Of a stretch of DNA of 64,000 nt, positions 63,767 through 64,000 are shown piece after piece. Under the pieces are notes generated by a model. The model was not told the DNA's origin. It searched no databases and saw nothing but the letters and a program-made list of their open reading frames with translations. The position numbers were made by a program, and so were the translations under genes. The DNA is taken from positions 62,994,001 through 63,058,000 of the forward strand of contig NC_087437.1 in NCBI RefSeq assembly GCF_036321535.1, given 5' to 3'. The stretch is from Camelus dromedarius (lineage: Eukaryota). The number at the start of each line of letters is the position of its first letter. The stretch's first letter is position 1.

Positions 63767-64000
63767 TGGGGCAGCCAGGAGCTGCAGACTTAGAGCAGAG
63801 GGCCCACCTACCTGGCTCCATCCCAGGCACACCTCCCAACCTCACCAAATCTCAGCTTTCTATCTCTAAAATGATGCTCACATGCATGCCCCAGGCCTGC
63901 CACAAAAAGGAGATGGCAGACCAAATGAGGAACTCCCGACTGGGTTACTCTGGGTGGGTCTCTGCTCTGGGTCAAAGTTTTCTATGTAAAAGGAAGGGCT

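Larger units (their letters stand above)
1..64000 (-). other. KALRN: KALRN (kalirin) gene body, partial: four internal coding exons plus introns
   Basis: Four minus-strand exons join in frame to a continuous kalirin spectrin-repeat peptide. Residues such as WISHNKELFLQSHTEIGVSY and FLSGVDAWCKMCSEGGLPSEMQDL fit kalirin rather than its paralogue TRIO. The adjacent upstream and downstream exons were not found in the window. Confidence 0.95.

Overview
Mammalian genomic DNA, most likely a camelid (alpaca/llama/camel), judged from a Vic-1-like tRNA-derived SINE and artiodactyl-type L1 3' ends; no ruminant Bov-A/BovB or pig PRE-1 SINEs were recognised. The whole window appears to lie inside KALRN (kalirin RhoGEF) on the minus strand. 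Four consecutive spectrin-repeat coding exons (123, 192, 132, 231 nt; probably exons 6-9) splice in frame to 226 aa, all phase 0 with AG/GTGAG boundaries. The rest is intronic and repeat-rich: a ~6.8 kb old L1 in sense orientation, a ~3.6 kb L1 lacking the EN/RT part of ORF2 and inserted into an MLT1 LTR, an ERV1-like solo LTR inside MER5A, a MER63-like element inside a MIR, many L2/MIR relics and microsatellites. No novel gene system is supported; almost all ORF-track ORFs are chance, shadow or TE ORFs. The best leads are a strong splice donor in the antisense strand of the L1 5'UTR 895 nt upstream of an exon that begins with an in-frame ATG, the ORF1-only (HAL1-like) L1 structure, a CpG-rich 5'-end-only L1 fragment lacking tail and TSD, and a (UG)39 tract downstream of an exon. 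Repeat family names are from recognition of consensus motifs, not database searches, and repeat boundaries are approximate.
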